A stretch of 64,000 bases of DNA from an uncultured Thermodesulfovibrio sp. (GTDB lineage Bacteria; Nitrospirota; Thermodesulfovibrionia; Thermodesulfovibrionales; UBA6898): assembly GCA_964499365.1 (NCBI GenBank), contig CAZCKU010000014.1, positions 27,136 through 91,135 of the forward strand, in the 5' to 3' direction. Of this stretch, positions 1 through 8,559 are shown piece by piece. A program made the position numbers and the translations under genes. The notes below the pieces were generated by a model. That model had not been told where the DNA came from. It saw nothing but the letters and a program-made list of their open reading frames with translations, and made no database searches. Position 1 is the stretch's first letter. The number at the start of each line of letters is the position of its first letter.

Positions 1-221
1 ATGTCATAGACGAAGATATAGAGATCCCGGTCAACAAACTTTCCCTTGGGGTTGCCGAACTCGGCGAAGGCCTTGTCTTTGCCGTGCTCCTTCATGTAGG
101 CGACTGCCTTTTTGACGAGGGCTTCTGCTTCTGCCTTTGTCCCGAATTCGGCGGCGAATACTGAGCCGGAAAAACAGATGAGCAATACGGCGGCCAACAG
201 CATGGCATAGCTTTTCTTCAT
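1..221 (-). CDS. periplasmic single-Cache (sCache_2-like) domain protein, N-terminal fragment; the gene runs off the window start
   Basis: Not in the ORF track (no stop in window). Reverse-strand ATG at 219-221 sits behind an AAGGAGAG RBS. Translation MKKSYAMLLAAVLLICFSGSVFAAEFGTKAEAEALVKKAVAYMKEHGKDKAFAEFGNPKGKFVDRDLYIFVYD gives a signal peptide plus a typical Cache_2 N-terminus. Track ORF 31..273(-) is a different, Arg-rich, implausible frame. Confidence 0.6.
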   Translation of the reverse strand, partial: MKKSYAMLLAAVLLICFSGSVFAAEFGTKAEAEALVKKAVAYMKEHGKDKAFAEFGNPKGKFVDRDLYIFVYD

Positions 222-492
222 GTGGTCTCTCCTTTGATATCGAGGGTTGATAAACTGTCCTTGTCCTGCACAACGCTGAGACGGGTGCCCGAACCTCCTT
301 TCCTCCAGTAAGGTCTAACGACAGAAAGCTTCAGGGAACTATGCAAACCCGCAAGCCGCGATCAGCGCGCAGGATTGTTCTTTTAAATCGGTACAAAGCG
401 GAGCAATCTTTAACCTGCAGTCAATGGATATCGAATATGTATCAGTACTGCCGTCTGCAGGGAAAGGCGGAAAGCGGTTTTACCCCCTTGAG

Positions 493-780
493 TTATTTCC
501 CGTGGATCGGGGGCATCCGGCTGATACCGGTCAACTCGACGACCTTGGTTTTTGACGATTGGCCGCGGACTATTTTTATGGCTGCTTTTTTTATCCCGAA
601 GGCCTCGGCCAGGACCTCGACCAGCTGGTCGTTTGCTGCCCCCTCAACCGGCGGAGCGGTCAGCTTCACCTTCAGCTTATTCCCCAGGACCCCGGCGATG
701 CCTCTCTTTGAGGAACGCGGCTCAACCTTGATCTCGATGCAGATGCCGTCTTTCGTCCGGGTGAAGGGTATGTCGTCCAC
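493..780 (-). CDS. DUF167 / YggU family protein
   Basis: 95-aa ORF. IEIKVEPRSSKRGIAG...LKVKLTAPPVEGAANDQLVEVLAEAFGI matches the canonical YggU/DUF167 pattern. It lies 3 nt downstream of the histidine kinase gene. Confidence 0.8.
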   Translation of the reverse strand: MDDIPFTRTKDGICIEIKVEPRSSKRGIAGVLGNKLKVKLTAPPVEGAANDQLVEVLAEAFGIKKAAIKIVRGQSSKTKVVELTGISRMPPIHGK

Positions 781-783
781 AGG

Positions 784-2139
784 CTATTTCCCCTGCAGCG
801 GGAGCCGGACCGTGAAGGCCGAACCTTCGCCCTCGGTGCTCTGCAGTTCTATCCTGCCGCCGAGCACCTCAACGAGCTCCCTGACGATTGCCAGTCCAAG
901 CCCGATTCCGCTTGATTCATCCCCGCGATAGAACCGTTTGAAGATGAGTTCCCTCCTGTCTTCAGGTATGCCTGCTCCCGTGTCCCTGATCTCGACGAAA
1001 AACATATCCCTATCCCTGCCCGAAGCCACCGACACGCCGCCCTCCGTCGTATTCTTGATGGCGTTTGTCAGCAGGTTCTGCAGGATCCGCTCGAGCTTGT
1101 CCGTGTCTGTCAGGACGACAAGGTCGGTCTTCCCCACAAACGTCAGCGAGAGCCCCTTGTCAAGGGCGAGGGGGGCCAGCTTTGCGGTCATGTTCTCCAG
1201 GAATTCGCCGAGATTGATCAGGCTGTACCTGTTTTTTGTGAAGAAACTCGCCTCTGCCTTGGTGATGTCTTCAATGCCCTCAACGAGCCCGATCAGGCGC
1301 TCAATCTCGAGCCGTACGTTCTCGAGCCCGGCCTGCTTGTCCTCAACAACGCCGTCGATCATCGCCTCCACGTTCGCCTTTGCGATCGCCAGGGGGGTGC
1401 GCAGTTCGTGTGCTATGTTCGAGGTCAGCCGCTTCCGGAGTGCCTCTTCGCGCTCGAGCGCCTCTGCCATGAAGTTGAAGCTCCCGGCGAGTCTCCCCAG
1501 TTCGTCACGGTCAGAGCCGGCTTCGACGCGTGCGCTGAAATCGCCGCGTGCGAGCGTCTCGACCGCCTTTTTTATGCGCCGCAGCGGCCGCGAGAGAAAG
1601 AGGCTGAAGAAGACGGCCAGGAGGACCGCGCCGCTCCCCGCGATAATGAAGGAGGTGATCAGAAACTCCCGGCCCTTGCGTTTGAACATCAGCTGCTTTT
1701 CACTGATCGGGCCCTGCCTGCCGAGGTCCCTCACCTGCATCTGTCCGATTTCCCGGCCTTCGCTGTAGAGCGGGTGGCCGTCGTATTCTCCGGTTGCCGA
1801 ACTGATGTCGGCGATCCCGTGCATCCGCCGCTTCATCGACGGAGAGAGCATGCTCATCGCGTGTTCGGAACTCATCAGTTCCCGGTCGCTGCTGTCGGTC
1901 ACCCTGATGTCGAACCCGAGCATGACCGCCCAATGGGCGGCGTCATGCAGGGAACGAAGGTCCCACGCATCATCGGAATAGCTGCCCTCGACCGAGGCAA
2001 GTATCCAGTAGAGCTTGTCTTCCCTGGTGCCGCTGATATACTCCTCGAAATCGCGCACCATCAGCTGCTCATAGATGAAATTTGAAACCAGCGCCACCGC
2101 GATGACGGCAAAGAACGCCAGGAACAGCTTAGCCCTCAT
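784..2139 (-). CDS. sensor histidine kinase (TM-HAMP-HisKA-HATPase_c)
   Basis: Track ORF 784..2334 trimmed to the ATG at 2137-2139 (MRAKLFLAFFAVIAVALV, a TM helix), which overlaps the upstream regulator's stop by 11 nt. H-box SNIAHELRTPL; ATPase boxes DTGAGIP and GIGLGLAIV. Confidence 0.85.
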   Translation of the reverse strand: MRAKLFLAFFAVIAVALVSNFIYEQLMVRDFEEYISGTREDKLYWILASVEGSYSDDAWDLRSLHDAAHWAVMLGFDIRVTDSSDRELMSSEHAMSMLSPSMKRRMHGIADISSATGEYDGHPLYSEGREIGQMQVRDLGRQGPISEKQLMFKRKGREFLITSFIIAGSGAVLLAVFFSLFLSRPLRRIKKAVETLARGDFSARVEAGSDRDELGRLAGSFNFMAEALEREEALRKRLTSNIAHELRTPLAIAKANVEAMIDGVVEDKQAGLENVRLEIERLIGLVEGIEDITKAEASFFTKNRYSLINLGEFLENMTAKLAPLALDKGLSLTFVGKTDLVVLTDTDKLERILQNLLTNAIKNTTEGGVSVASGRDRDMFFVEIRDTGAGIPEDRRELIFKRFYRGDESSGIGLGLAIVRELVEVLGGRIELQSTEGEGSAFTVRLPLQGK

Positions 2140-2833
2140 CGGCCGTCCCTGCGAAGCGGTATCCGATGCCGTAGACGGTCTTGATGAATTCCGGGTCCTT
2201 CGAGTCCTTCTCGATCTTGTGCCGGAGGTTCTTGACATGGGCATCGATCGTCCGGTCGTAGCCTTCAAAGTCAAAGCCCTGGGCGATCGTCGCCAGCTGG
2301 TCGCGGGAAAAAATCCTGCCGGGGTTTTCAGCAAATGCAGCCAGTATCCTGAATTCGGTCGGCGTCAGAACCATCTGCTCCCCCCGGACAAAAAGCTCGC
2401 GGTCGTCGACACTGATCTTCAGCGCCCCGCTGTTGTAGCTGATAAGCTTCTTCCGTGTCTTGTTCGCCCTCCTCAGCAGGGCCTTCACCCGGGCAACCAG
2501 TTCGCGGGGGCTGAAGGGTTTTACCACATAGTCGTCCGCGCCGATCCCCAGGCCCCGTATGCGTTCCTCTTCACCGCTCTTGGCGGTGAGCATGATGACC
2601 GGCACGTCTGAGTTCTCGCGGATCAGGCGGCAGATGTCCTCGCCCTGCATATCCGGGAGCATCAGGTCCAGCACCACGAGGGCGAACCGCTCCCTGAGCA
2701 GACGGAGGGCCTCTTCGCCGGTCGCCGCATGCCTCACCTCATATCCCTCCCTCTCGAGATAGGCCCGGACGATGTCCGCTATCTTGCGTTCGTCCTCAAC
2801 GACCAGTATCGATTCTTTTTGAACGGTATCCAT
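2129..2833 (-). CDS. OmpR-family response regulator (REC + winged-helix)
   Basis: ILVVEDE...LVVLDLMLPD...KPF receiver motifs. The C-terminal LTPTEFRIL...YGIGYRF is a Trans_reg_C winged helix. Confidence 0.9.
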   Translation of the reverse strand: MDTVQKESILVVEDERKIADIVRAYLEREGYEVRHAATGEEALRLLRERFALVVLDLMLPDMQGEDICRLIRENSDVPVIMLTAKSGEEERIRGLGIGADDYVVKPFSPRELVARVKALLRRANKTRKKLISYNSGALKISVDDRELFVRGEQMVLTPTEFRILAAFAENPGRIFSRDQLATIAQGFDFEGYDRTIDAHVKNLRHKIEKDSKDPEFIKTVYGIGYRFAGTADEG

Positions 2834-3677
2834 AGAAGACCTCCCCCATGATAATCGTGATTACGGTCAGGACTACGCCCCCGATGACATCGACGACATA
2901 ATGATATCTGCAGTAGACCGTGGAAAATACAAGCGCTGCAACCACCGGCAGCAGGACAGAGAACAGCCGGCGCTCAAACCGGTGCGCCATATAGAGGACT
3001 GTCAGCGCAATCCCCGTATGTCCGCTCGGGAAGGCGTCCCTCTTGATGCCCTCCAGGGCGTTCAGGAGCGATTGTATCTGCCCGGCGACGACCCAGCCCT
3101 GAAGCTCCTGCGTCTGCAGGTGCGCCATCGTGTAGCGGGGCCCGAGCGCCGGAAAGAACAGGTAGCCGACATAGGAAAGATAAAAACAGAGCATGATAAA
3201 GAAGAGCGTGCGGTCGAACTCGGCCTCTTTCCGCTTGCGGTACAGGGCAATCCCCAGGGCGAAGGGGATGAGGTAGTAGCTCGAATAGGAGAGCTGCAGA
3301 ACCTCCGTCAAAAGCGGGTTCGCGATCTTTTCGAGTTCGACCGTCGGATAACAGCCCAGAAGCATATAGTCCAGCCTGATCAGCAGGGGGTCGATATCCC
3401 GGGGATTCAGGGAATGTACGATCTTTTCGAAGCTGTCGAATATCAACAGGATCGAAACCGTGGGGAAGATAAGCGCATGGAGCAGATGCAGGGGCCTGGA
3501 CCGGTCCTTTACCCTGATCACCACGAGCTGCAGGAATATCATGACCGAATAGAGTGCTATCAGCAGGGGAGGGTTCGCTATGCGGCTGTGCATGACGGAG
3601 ACGACTGCCGTCAGCAGCAGCAGGAAGAAAAGGTTCAGGAGATCGGCAGGCCGCTGCCGGAGGAGCGCCGCGATCAC
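2796..3677 (-). CDS. PAP2-superfamily integral membrane phosphatase/phosphotransferase
   Basis: Multi-TM protein with PSGHTG and RYHYVVDVIGG, the PAP2 C2/C3 motifs. Four-nt ATGA-type overlap with the upstream NYN gene. Confidence 0.7.
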   Translation of the reverse strand: MIAALLRQRPADLLNLFFLLLLTAVVSVMHSRIANPPLLIALYSVMIFLQLVVIRVKDRSRPLHLLHALIFPTVSILLIFDSFEKIVHSLNPRDIDPLLIRLDYMLLGCYPTVELEKIANPLLTEVLQLSYSSYYLIPFALGIALYRKRKEAEFDRTLFFIMLCFYLSYVGYLFFPALGPRYTMAHLQTQELQGWVVAGQIQSLLNALEGIKRDAFPSGHTGIALTVLYMAHRFERRLFSVLLPVVAALVFSTVYCRYHYVVDVIGGVVLTVITIIMGEVFYGYRSKRIDTGR

Positions 3678-4162
3678 AGCTTCTTCAGCACCCTGGCCAG
3701 GGCCTTCTCCCGTCGTGAAGGCATTCTCGGATTTCCCCTCCCTGGTGCCGGCAGGTCTTCTTCCTCCGGTTCATCGGGGTGTTCGGGGCCCCTGCCGCTC
3801 CTCTCCAGCAGCGGCTCAAAAAGATGAGACTGCACCGGCACGCAGCCCTTTGACCAGGCATGGGACATGATGTCGCGGTCTGACGTGACCACGACCAGTT
3901 CATTGCCGGACTGGTCGATGATATTCTTTATGACGAGGTCTGCCCTGTCACCCAGGCGCGAATAGATGATCTTTACTCCGGCGACGGTTGTCTTTTCTTC
4001 ACGGTGAGTTCCGGCTTTCCAGCCGTCGAAGACGACGGTCAGGTCATGGCCTTTTTTTTTGTGATAGAGGGCAAGACGTTCTATCAGCCTGCTCCTTGCG
4101 GCCTGCAGGTCATTGTGCGCAATGCCTATAAGGTTGTATCCGTCTATGATAAGCGATGCCAA
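3674..4162 (-). CDS. NYN/YacP-like (PIN-fold) predicted RNase
   Basis: LIIDGYNLIG...VVFDG...VVTSDRD is the YacP/NYN signature. First gene of the minus-strand operon. Confidence 0.7.
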   Translation of the reverse strand: MASLIIDGYNLIGIAHNDLQAARSRLIERLALYHKKKGHDLTVVFDGWKAGTHREEKTTVAGVKIIYSRLGDRADLVIKNIIDQSGNELVVVTSDRDIMSHAWSKGCVPVQSHLFEPLLERSGRGPEHPDEPEEEDLPAPGRGNPRMPSRREKALARVLKKL

Positions 4163-4428
4163 AACAGGGTCCCTCTGACAGAAATAATATTTTAATCAGT
4201 ATACCCCGCCGGGCTGAAAAATAAAAGAAAAGCAGGGGCCGGGTCCCTGGCATGCCTGTTCCGGACAGGTCGTGCCTGAGTTCGGTACAGAAAATCTGCG
4301 GGAGATACTGTGCCCTCCATTTCGTATTGTCTATCGCCGGGAGAAGGGGAAGCTTCTCATCGTGCGGATATGGCGGAGTGAGCGCCTTTTGAAATTGCTG
4401 TGACCTCGTCCCCCTCTCTCTCAATTAT

Positions 4429-4458
4429 TTGACTTAACCCTCTTTTATGGATTACATT
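4429..4458 (+). promoter_or_regulatory. candidate sigma-70 promoter for tRNA-Pro
   Basis: TTGACT (4429-4434), 18-nt spacer, TACATT (4453-4458), ending 7 nt before tRNA position +1. Confidence 0.3.
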
Positions 4459-4465
4459 ATCTGCT

Positions 4466-4562
<97 letters not shown>

Positions 4563-4630
4563 TTGACCTTCAATAGTCGGATAATGCACCCGTGCTTTAC
4601 TGGGAATCTCGTTGATGCAGAGGAGAAATC

Positions 4631-5035
4631 ATGAATAAATTATCCCTGGCATTGATCGGCTTGATCTGCCTCCTGTTTGTCGGAGTATCTCATGCCGATG
4701 CCATGCAGATATTTGTCAAAACAGTAACAGGCAAGACCATTACCCTGGACGTTGAGCCAAGTGATTCAATCGAGAACGTAAAGGCAAAGATCCAGGATAA
4801 AGAGGGAATACCCCCTGAACAGCAAACCTTACTGTTTGCCGGGAAAACACTTGAGGATGGTCGCACACTGTCAGATTACAATATACAGAAGGAATCCACG
4901 CTCCATCTTATTGTAAATGCTGTTGCTGCACCCCCCCAGAGCGTGCCTGCCCTGAATGAATGGGGGATGATTATATTTGTTCTGGTATCGGGTGCAGGGT
5001 CGGTTTATTATTTGAGAAGGCGAGAGATCTGTTAA
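4631..5035 (+). CDS. exported eukaryote-like ubiquitin with C-terminal IPTL/PEP-CTERM-type sorting tag (no diglycine tail)
   Basis: GAGGAG RBS 5 nt upstream. Signal peptide [24 protein letters not shown]. Then [71 protein letters not shown], identical to canonical ubiquitin at 62 of 71 positions. The tail [28 protein letters not shown] is motif + TM helix + Arg cluster. Confidence 0.9.
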   Translation: MNKLSLALIGLICLLFVGVSHADAMQIFVKTVTGKTITLDVEPSDSIENVKAKIQDKEGIPPEQQTLLFAGKTLEDGRTLSDYNIQKESTLHLIVNAVAAPPQSVPALNEWGMIIFVLVSGAGSVYYLRRREIC

Positions 5036-5123
5036 AGAACACTTCATGACAAAATCAGTGAAGTGAAGGAAAACGACGTGTAAGTATTCCCTGGTTTTCA
5101 ACAGGTTGTTATTGCGGCAGACC

Positions 5124-5166
5124 GTTCGAATCCTCTCTCCCCGCCCGTTTTATCTCCCTTCTTCTC
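5124..5166 (+). repeat. right copy of tRNA-Pro 3'-end direct repeat; attR-like
   Basis: GTTCGAATCCTCTCTCCCCGCCCGTTTTATCTCCCTTCTTCT. It shares a perfect 14-nt core, GTTCGAATCCTCTC, and about 31 matches over ~38 hand-aligned positions with 4520-4562. Confidence 0.6.
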
Positions 5167-5223
5167 CCGTTTTCCCTGCATTGCTTTGGCCTTATTTGCC
5201 GTGTTAATCTAACCAAAGGATAC

Positions 5224-7263
5224 ATGTCAAAAGGAAACATGAACGACGAGCCGCGGTCTGATCGAAAAAAGAAAGCTGACGCAGACAAAACGACAGAAGA
5301 ACTGATCCGGGAACTCTCGGCCGCCCGCAGTCAGATTGCCGAATACGAATCTCTGAAGGACGAGTATCGGCGTGTCGAGAGCATCATGCGGCAGGCGGTC
5401 ATCATGGCCAAAGAGGAAAAGGCACGGACCGATGCCATTATTGCGGCGATCGGCGACGGCATCAGCGTGCAGGACACCAATTTCAAGGTCCTGCTCCAGA
5501 ACCAGTTTCACCGGGACATGCTCGGCGACCACGTCGGTGAATTCTGCCATAAGGCCTACCAGAAGAGGGACAAGGTCTGCGAGGGCTGCCATCTTGCGAT
5601 GTCCTTTCTGGACGGCAAGGTCCATAAGAAGGAACAGTTCAGGACAACCGACCAGGGGATACGGTACTACGAAATCACCTCCTCGCCTCTGAAGGACTCG
5701 ACCGGCAGGGTCATTGCCGGTATCGAGGCGGTCCGTGATATCACCGAGCGAAAGAAGACCGAGCAGGCCCTGCTGTCGGCAGAGGCCAGATTCAGGACCC
5801 TTGTCGAGCAGTCGTTCGTCGGCATTTATATCATCCAGGACAATGCCTTTACCTATGTCAACCCGAAGTTTTCCGAAATCTTCGGCTATTCGCAGCAGGA
5901 GCTTCTGCAGCATCCCTTTATTGATCTGGTTGCTGACGAAAGCAGGGACCTTGTGACCGAAAATATCCGCAGGCGGATCGACGGTGAGATCAGGTCGGTC
6001 CACTATGTACTGCGGGGAAGGAGAAAGGACGGATCCCTCTTTGATGCGGAGGTCCAGGGTTCGACGACCGAACTGAACGGCAGGACCGCGATCATCGGGA
6101 CCCTGATCGATATTACGGAACGCCGCCGGCTTGAGCGGGAAAATCTGAAGGCCCAGAAGCTGGCGTCGCTCGGCATTCTGGCTGCGGGCATCGCCCATGA
6201 ATACAACAATGCCCTGACCGCGATCAACGGGAACATCGGACTTGCAAAGATGTATGCAAAGCCTGACTCCGAGATGGCCGATATATTGGCTGAGGCTGAG
6301 AAGGCGGCTCAGAAGGCCGAGCGTCTGACTCAGGAACTCAGGCTGTTTTCGAAGGGCGGGGCCCTGTTCAGGAAGGTTGCCGTGGTTCCCGGCCTTGTTA
6401 CTGAAATCGTGCAGGAGAAGGCAGACCCGCGCATCAGCTATGCGATCGATATCAGTCCGGACGTCTGGACGATCGAGGCCGACGAGATGCAGTTCCGGCA
6501 GGCGATCAGCAACATTATCGAAAACGCCCGGGAGGCGATGTCCGGGGGCGGGACGATCAGGATCGCTGCAGAGAATGTTGAGCATGCCCCGGAGAAGCTG
6601 ACCTCGATCAGGCCGGGCAGGTATGTGCGGTTTTCGATCAGCGACCAGGGCTCGGGAATATCAGAAACCCATATTGAGAAGATCTTCGAGCCCTTCTTCA
6701 CGACCAAGGAGCAGGGCAGCGGGCTGGGGCTGACGACCGCCTCGTCGATCATCGAAGGGCATGAAGGGTACATTACCGTTGAATCGTCCGCAGGTTCCGG
6801 TTCGATTTTCCATATCTACATGCCTGCGACGCCGGAAGCGGGTGGTGCGGCAGACAACGGGAAGCGGCGTTCCCTCGGCAGCCGGCGGATTCTGGTCATG
6901 GACGATGAAGAGATGGTCAGGACGGTCGCAGAGAGGATGCTGAATCAGTGCGGCTGCTCCGCCACCTTTGCCGCCGACGGCCGGGAGATGCTGTCAGTCT
7001 ACCGCGAGGCGTTCGAGGCCGGCCGGCCGTTTGACGCCGTCATCGTCGATCTGCTCGTCGCCACCGGCATGGGCGGGAAGGAGGCGATTGCAGAGCTGCT
7101 GAGGTTTGATCCCGCAGCAAAGGCGATTGTATCGAGCGGCTATTCGGACGATCCGATCATCGAAAATTTCCGGGAGTATGGCTTCAGGGGCATTCTGCCG
7201 AAGCCCTACCTGATCCCTGCCCTGAAGCGGGTGCTGCATGATGTCATCATCGGGCCGTCTTAA
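5224..7263 (+). CDS. hybrid sensor histidine kinase (coiled coil, 2x PAS, HisKA, HATPase_c, REC)
   Basis: First PAS carries the Cys cluster FCHKAYQKRDKVCEGCH. H-box AAGIAHEYNNALTAI; ATPase boxes DQGSGI and GSGLGL; C-terminal receiver ILVMDDEE...VIVDLLV...KPY. Confidence 0.85.
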   Translation: MSKGNMNDEPRSDRKKKADADKTTEELIRELSAARSQIAEYESLKDEYRRVESIMRQAVIMAKEEKARTDAIIAAIGDGISVQDTNFKVLLQNQFHRDMLGDHVGEFCHKAYQKRDKVCEGCHLAMSFLDGKVHKKEQFRTTDQGIRYYEITSSPLKDSTGRVIAGIEAVRDITERKKTEQALLSAEARFRTLVEQSFVGIYIIQDNAFTYVNPKFSEIFGYSQQELLQHPFIDLVADESRDLVTENIRRRIDGEIRSVHYVLRGRRKDGSLFDAEVQGSTTELNGRTAIIGTLIDITERRRLERENLKAQKLASLGILAAGIAHEYNNALTAINGNIGLAKMYAKPDSEMADILAEAEKAAQKAERLTQELRLFSKGGALFRKVAVVPGLVTEIVQEKADPRISYAIDISPDVWTIEADEMQFRQAISNIIENAREAMSGGGTIRIAAENVEHAPEKLTSIRPGRYVRFSISDQGSGISETHIEKIFEPFFTTKEQGSGLGLTTASSIIEGHEGYITVESSAGSGSIFHIYMPATPEAGGAADNGKRRSLGSRRILVMDDEEMVRTVAERMLNQCGCSATFAADGREMLSVYREAFEAGRPFDAVIVDLLVATGMGGKEAIAELLRFDPAAKAIVSSGYSDDPIIENFREYGFRGILPKPYLIPALKRVLHDVIIGPS

Positions 7264-7275
7264 CCTGGTCCTGTA

Positions 7276-8559
7276 GTGCGCTTTATCGCAGACCTCCATA
7301 TCCATTCGAAATATTCCCGCGCGACCAGTCCGGATATGTCCCCGGAGAGTCTCTGGCGATGGGCCCAGATCAAGGGGATTTCGGTCATCGGCACCGGAGA
7401 TTTTACCCATCCGGTCTGGCTCGGAGAACTCCGCGAAAAGCTCGAGCCCCTCGGTAACGGTCTCTTCACGCTGAAGGAGAAATACCGGCCTGCGGACGTC
7501 CCTGCAGCCTGCAGGTCCGAGGTCTTTTTTCTCCTCACGGCAGAGATAAGCTGCATCTACCGCAAATACGACCGCACCAGGAAGGTCCATTCCCTCCTCT
7601 TCACCCCTGCGTTCGGGGACGCCGAGCGTATCAACGCGGCCCTGTCTGAGATCGGGAATCTCCGCGCGGACGGCAGGCCGATCCTTGGTCTTGATGCAAG
7701 GAAACTCCTCATGACGGTGCTGGAGCAGTCCCCGGAATCGATGCTGGTGCCGGCGCATGCCTGGACCCCGCATTTTTCCCTGTTTGGCGCTTCCTCGGGG
7801 TTTGATACGATGGAGGAATGTTTTGAAGACCTGTCGCCCCATATACACGCCATCGAGACCGGGCTTTCGTCGGACCCGCCGATGAACTGGAGGCTGTCGG
7901 CCCTTGACCGGGTTACCCTGATATCGAATTCTGATGCCCATTCTCCCGCGAAGATCGGGAGGGAGGCGAATATCCTGGATACGGAGATCTCCTATCAGGG
8001 GATTGCCAGCGCACTCAGGGACCGGAAGGGCTTTGCCGGGACGATCGAGTTTTTCCCTGAGGAGGGCAAGTATCACAACGACGGCCATCGCAGCTGCGGC
8101 GTCAGCATGCCGCCGGAGGAGACGCAGCGGCACGGCGGGCTCTGCCCTGTCTGCGGGAAGAGGGTGACGGTCGGAGTCACACACCGCGTTGCGCTGCTGG
8201 CCGACAGGGATGCCGGATTCAGGCCTGCTGGTGCCCCGCCTTTTTATTCCGTCATCCCGCTTGCCGAAGTCATCGCCGAGACGATACAGAAAGGGGTGAA
8301 TACCAAGGCAGTCACCGCCGCCTATTCTTCCCTGATCAATGCCCTCGGCAGCGAGTTCGGCATTCTCCTGGACTGCCCGCTGCAGGATATAACAAAGGCG
8401 GGGGAAAAGGCCGGGTCAGCGCTGGTTGCGAGTGCGCTCGAAAAGATGCGTGCCGGCGACGTACAGATAGCGCCGGGATACGATGGCGAATACGGAAAGA
8501 TCAGGATCCTTGAGAAGGTCGAGCGTCCCTCTCCCAAAGGTCAGGCGCCGCTTTTCTGA
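7276..8559 (+). CDS. PHP-domain endonuclease Q-like protein (TIGR00375-type)
   Basis: PHP metal motifs ADLHIHSKYSRATS, HAWTPHFS and SNSDAHS. Zinc-ribbon HRSCG...CPVCGKRVTVGVTHRV. This is the architecture I recall for EndoQ. Confidence 0.6.
   Translation: MRFIADLHIHSKYSRATSPDMSPESLWRWAQIKGISVIGTGDFTHPVWLGELREKLEPLGNGLFTLKEKYRPADVPAACRSEVFFLLTAEISCIYRKYDRTRKVHSLLFTPAFGDAERINAALSEIGNLRADGRPILGLDARKLLMTVLEQSPESMLVPAHAWTPHFSLFGASSGFDTMEECFEDLSPHIHAIETGLSSDPPMNWRLSALDRVTLISNSDAHSPAKIGREANILDTEISYQGIASALRDRKGFAGTIEFFPEEGKYHNDGHRSCGVSMPPEETQRHGGLCPVCGKRVTVGVTHRVALLADRDAGFRPAGAPPFYSVIPLAEVIAETIQKGVNTKAVTAAYSSLINALGSEFGILLDCPLQDITKAGEKAGSALVASALEKMRAGDVQIAPGYDGEYGKIRILEKVERPSPKGQAPLF

Noticed and set aside
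341-931. 196-aa plus-strand ORF spanning the DUF167 gene and the kinase 3' end
   Set aside because: It overlaps two well-supported minus-strand genes, has a Ser/Pro-rich composition and carries no motif.
784-2334. Long N-terminal extensions of track ORFs: 784..2334, 21167..23089, 45010..46914, 29356..30750, 48898..50265, 39512..40648, 26542..27882 and 13188..14666
   Set aside because: The upstream codons overlap the preceding gene or a repeat element and have biased composition. Internal starts with RBS or stop-start overlaps give canonical N-termini, for example MCGIVGY for GlmS and MTDNAILVDG for Wzt.
4248-4262. Sigma-54-like TGGCAT-N5-TTCC upstream of tRNA-Pro
   Set aside because: The -12 element lacks the GC dinucleotide, and the context (a tRNA gene with a sigma-70-like promoter) does not fit.
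4631-5035. Ubiquitin ORF as eukaryotic contamination or assembly chimera
   Set aside because: The ubiquitin fold is fused in frame to a bacterial signal peptide and a bacterial-type C-terminal sorting tag. It has a GAGGAG RBS and sits between a bacterial tRNA-Pro and its duplicated 3' end on a continuous sequence. Read-level verification is still advisable.
5036-5070. Hairpin CACTTCA-N12-TGAAGTG after the ubiquitin gene as a terminator
   Set aside because: The stem is short and AT-rich, the loop is large and there is no U-run.
5227-6585. 452-aa antisense ORF opposite the hybrid kinase. Similar long shadow ORFs lie at 6994..8184(-), 8541..9638(-), 12008..13048(-), 13317..14342(-), 27872..29536(-), 31003..31971(-), 33685..34716(-), 35462..36697(-) and 56618..57658(-).
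   Set aside because: They are Arg/Gly/Pro-rich and low in complexity, with no recognisable motifs. Each fully overlaps an opposite-strand gene that has clear family signatures. This is typical of GC-rich antisense frames.
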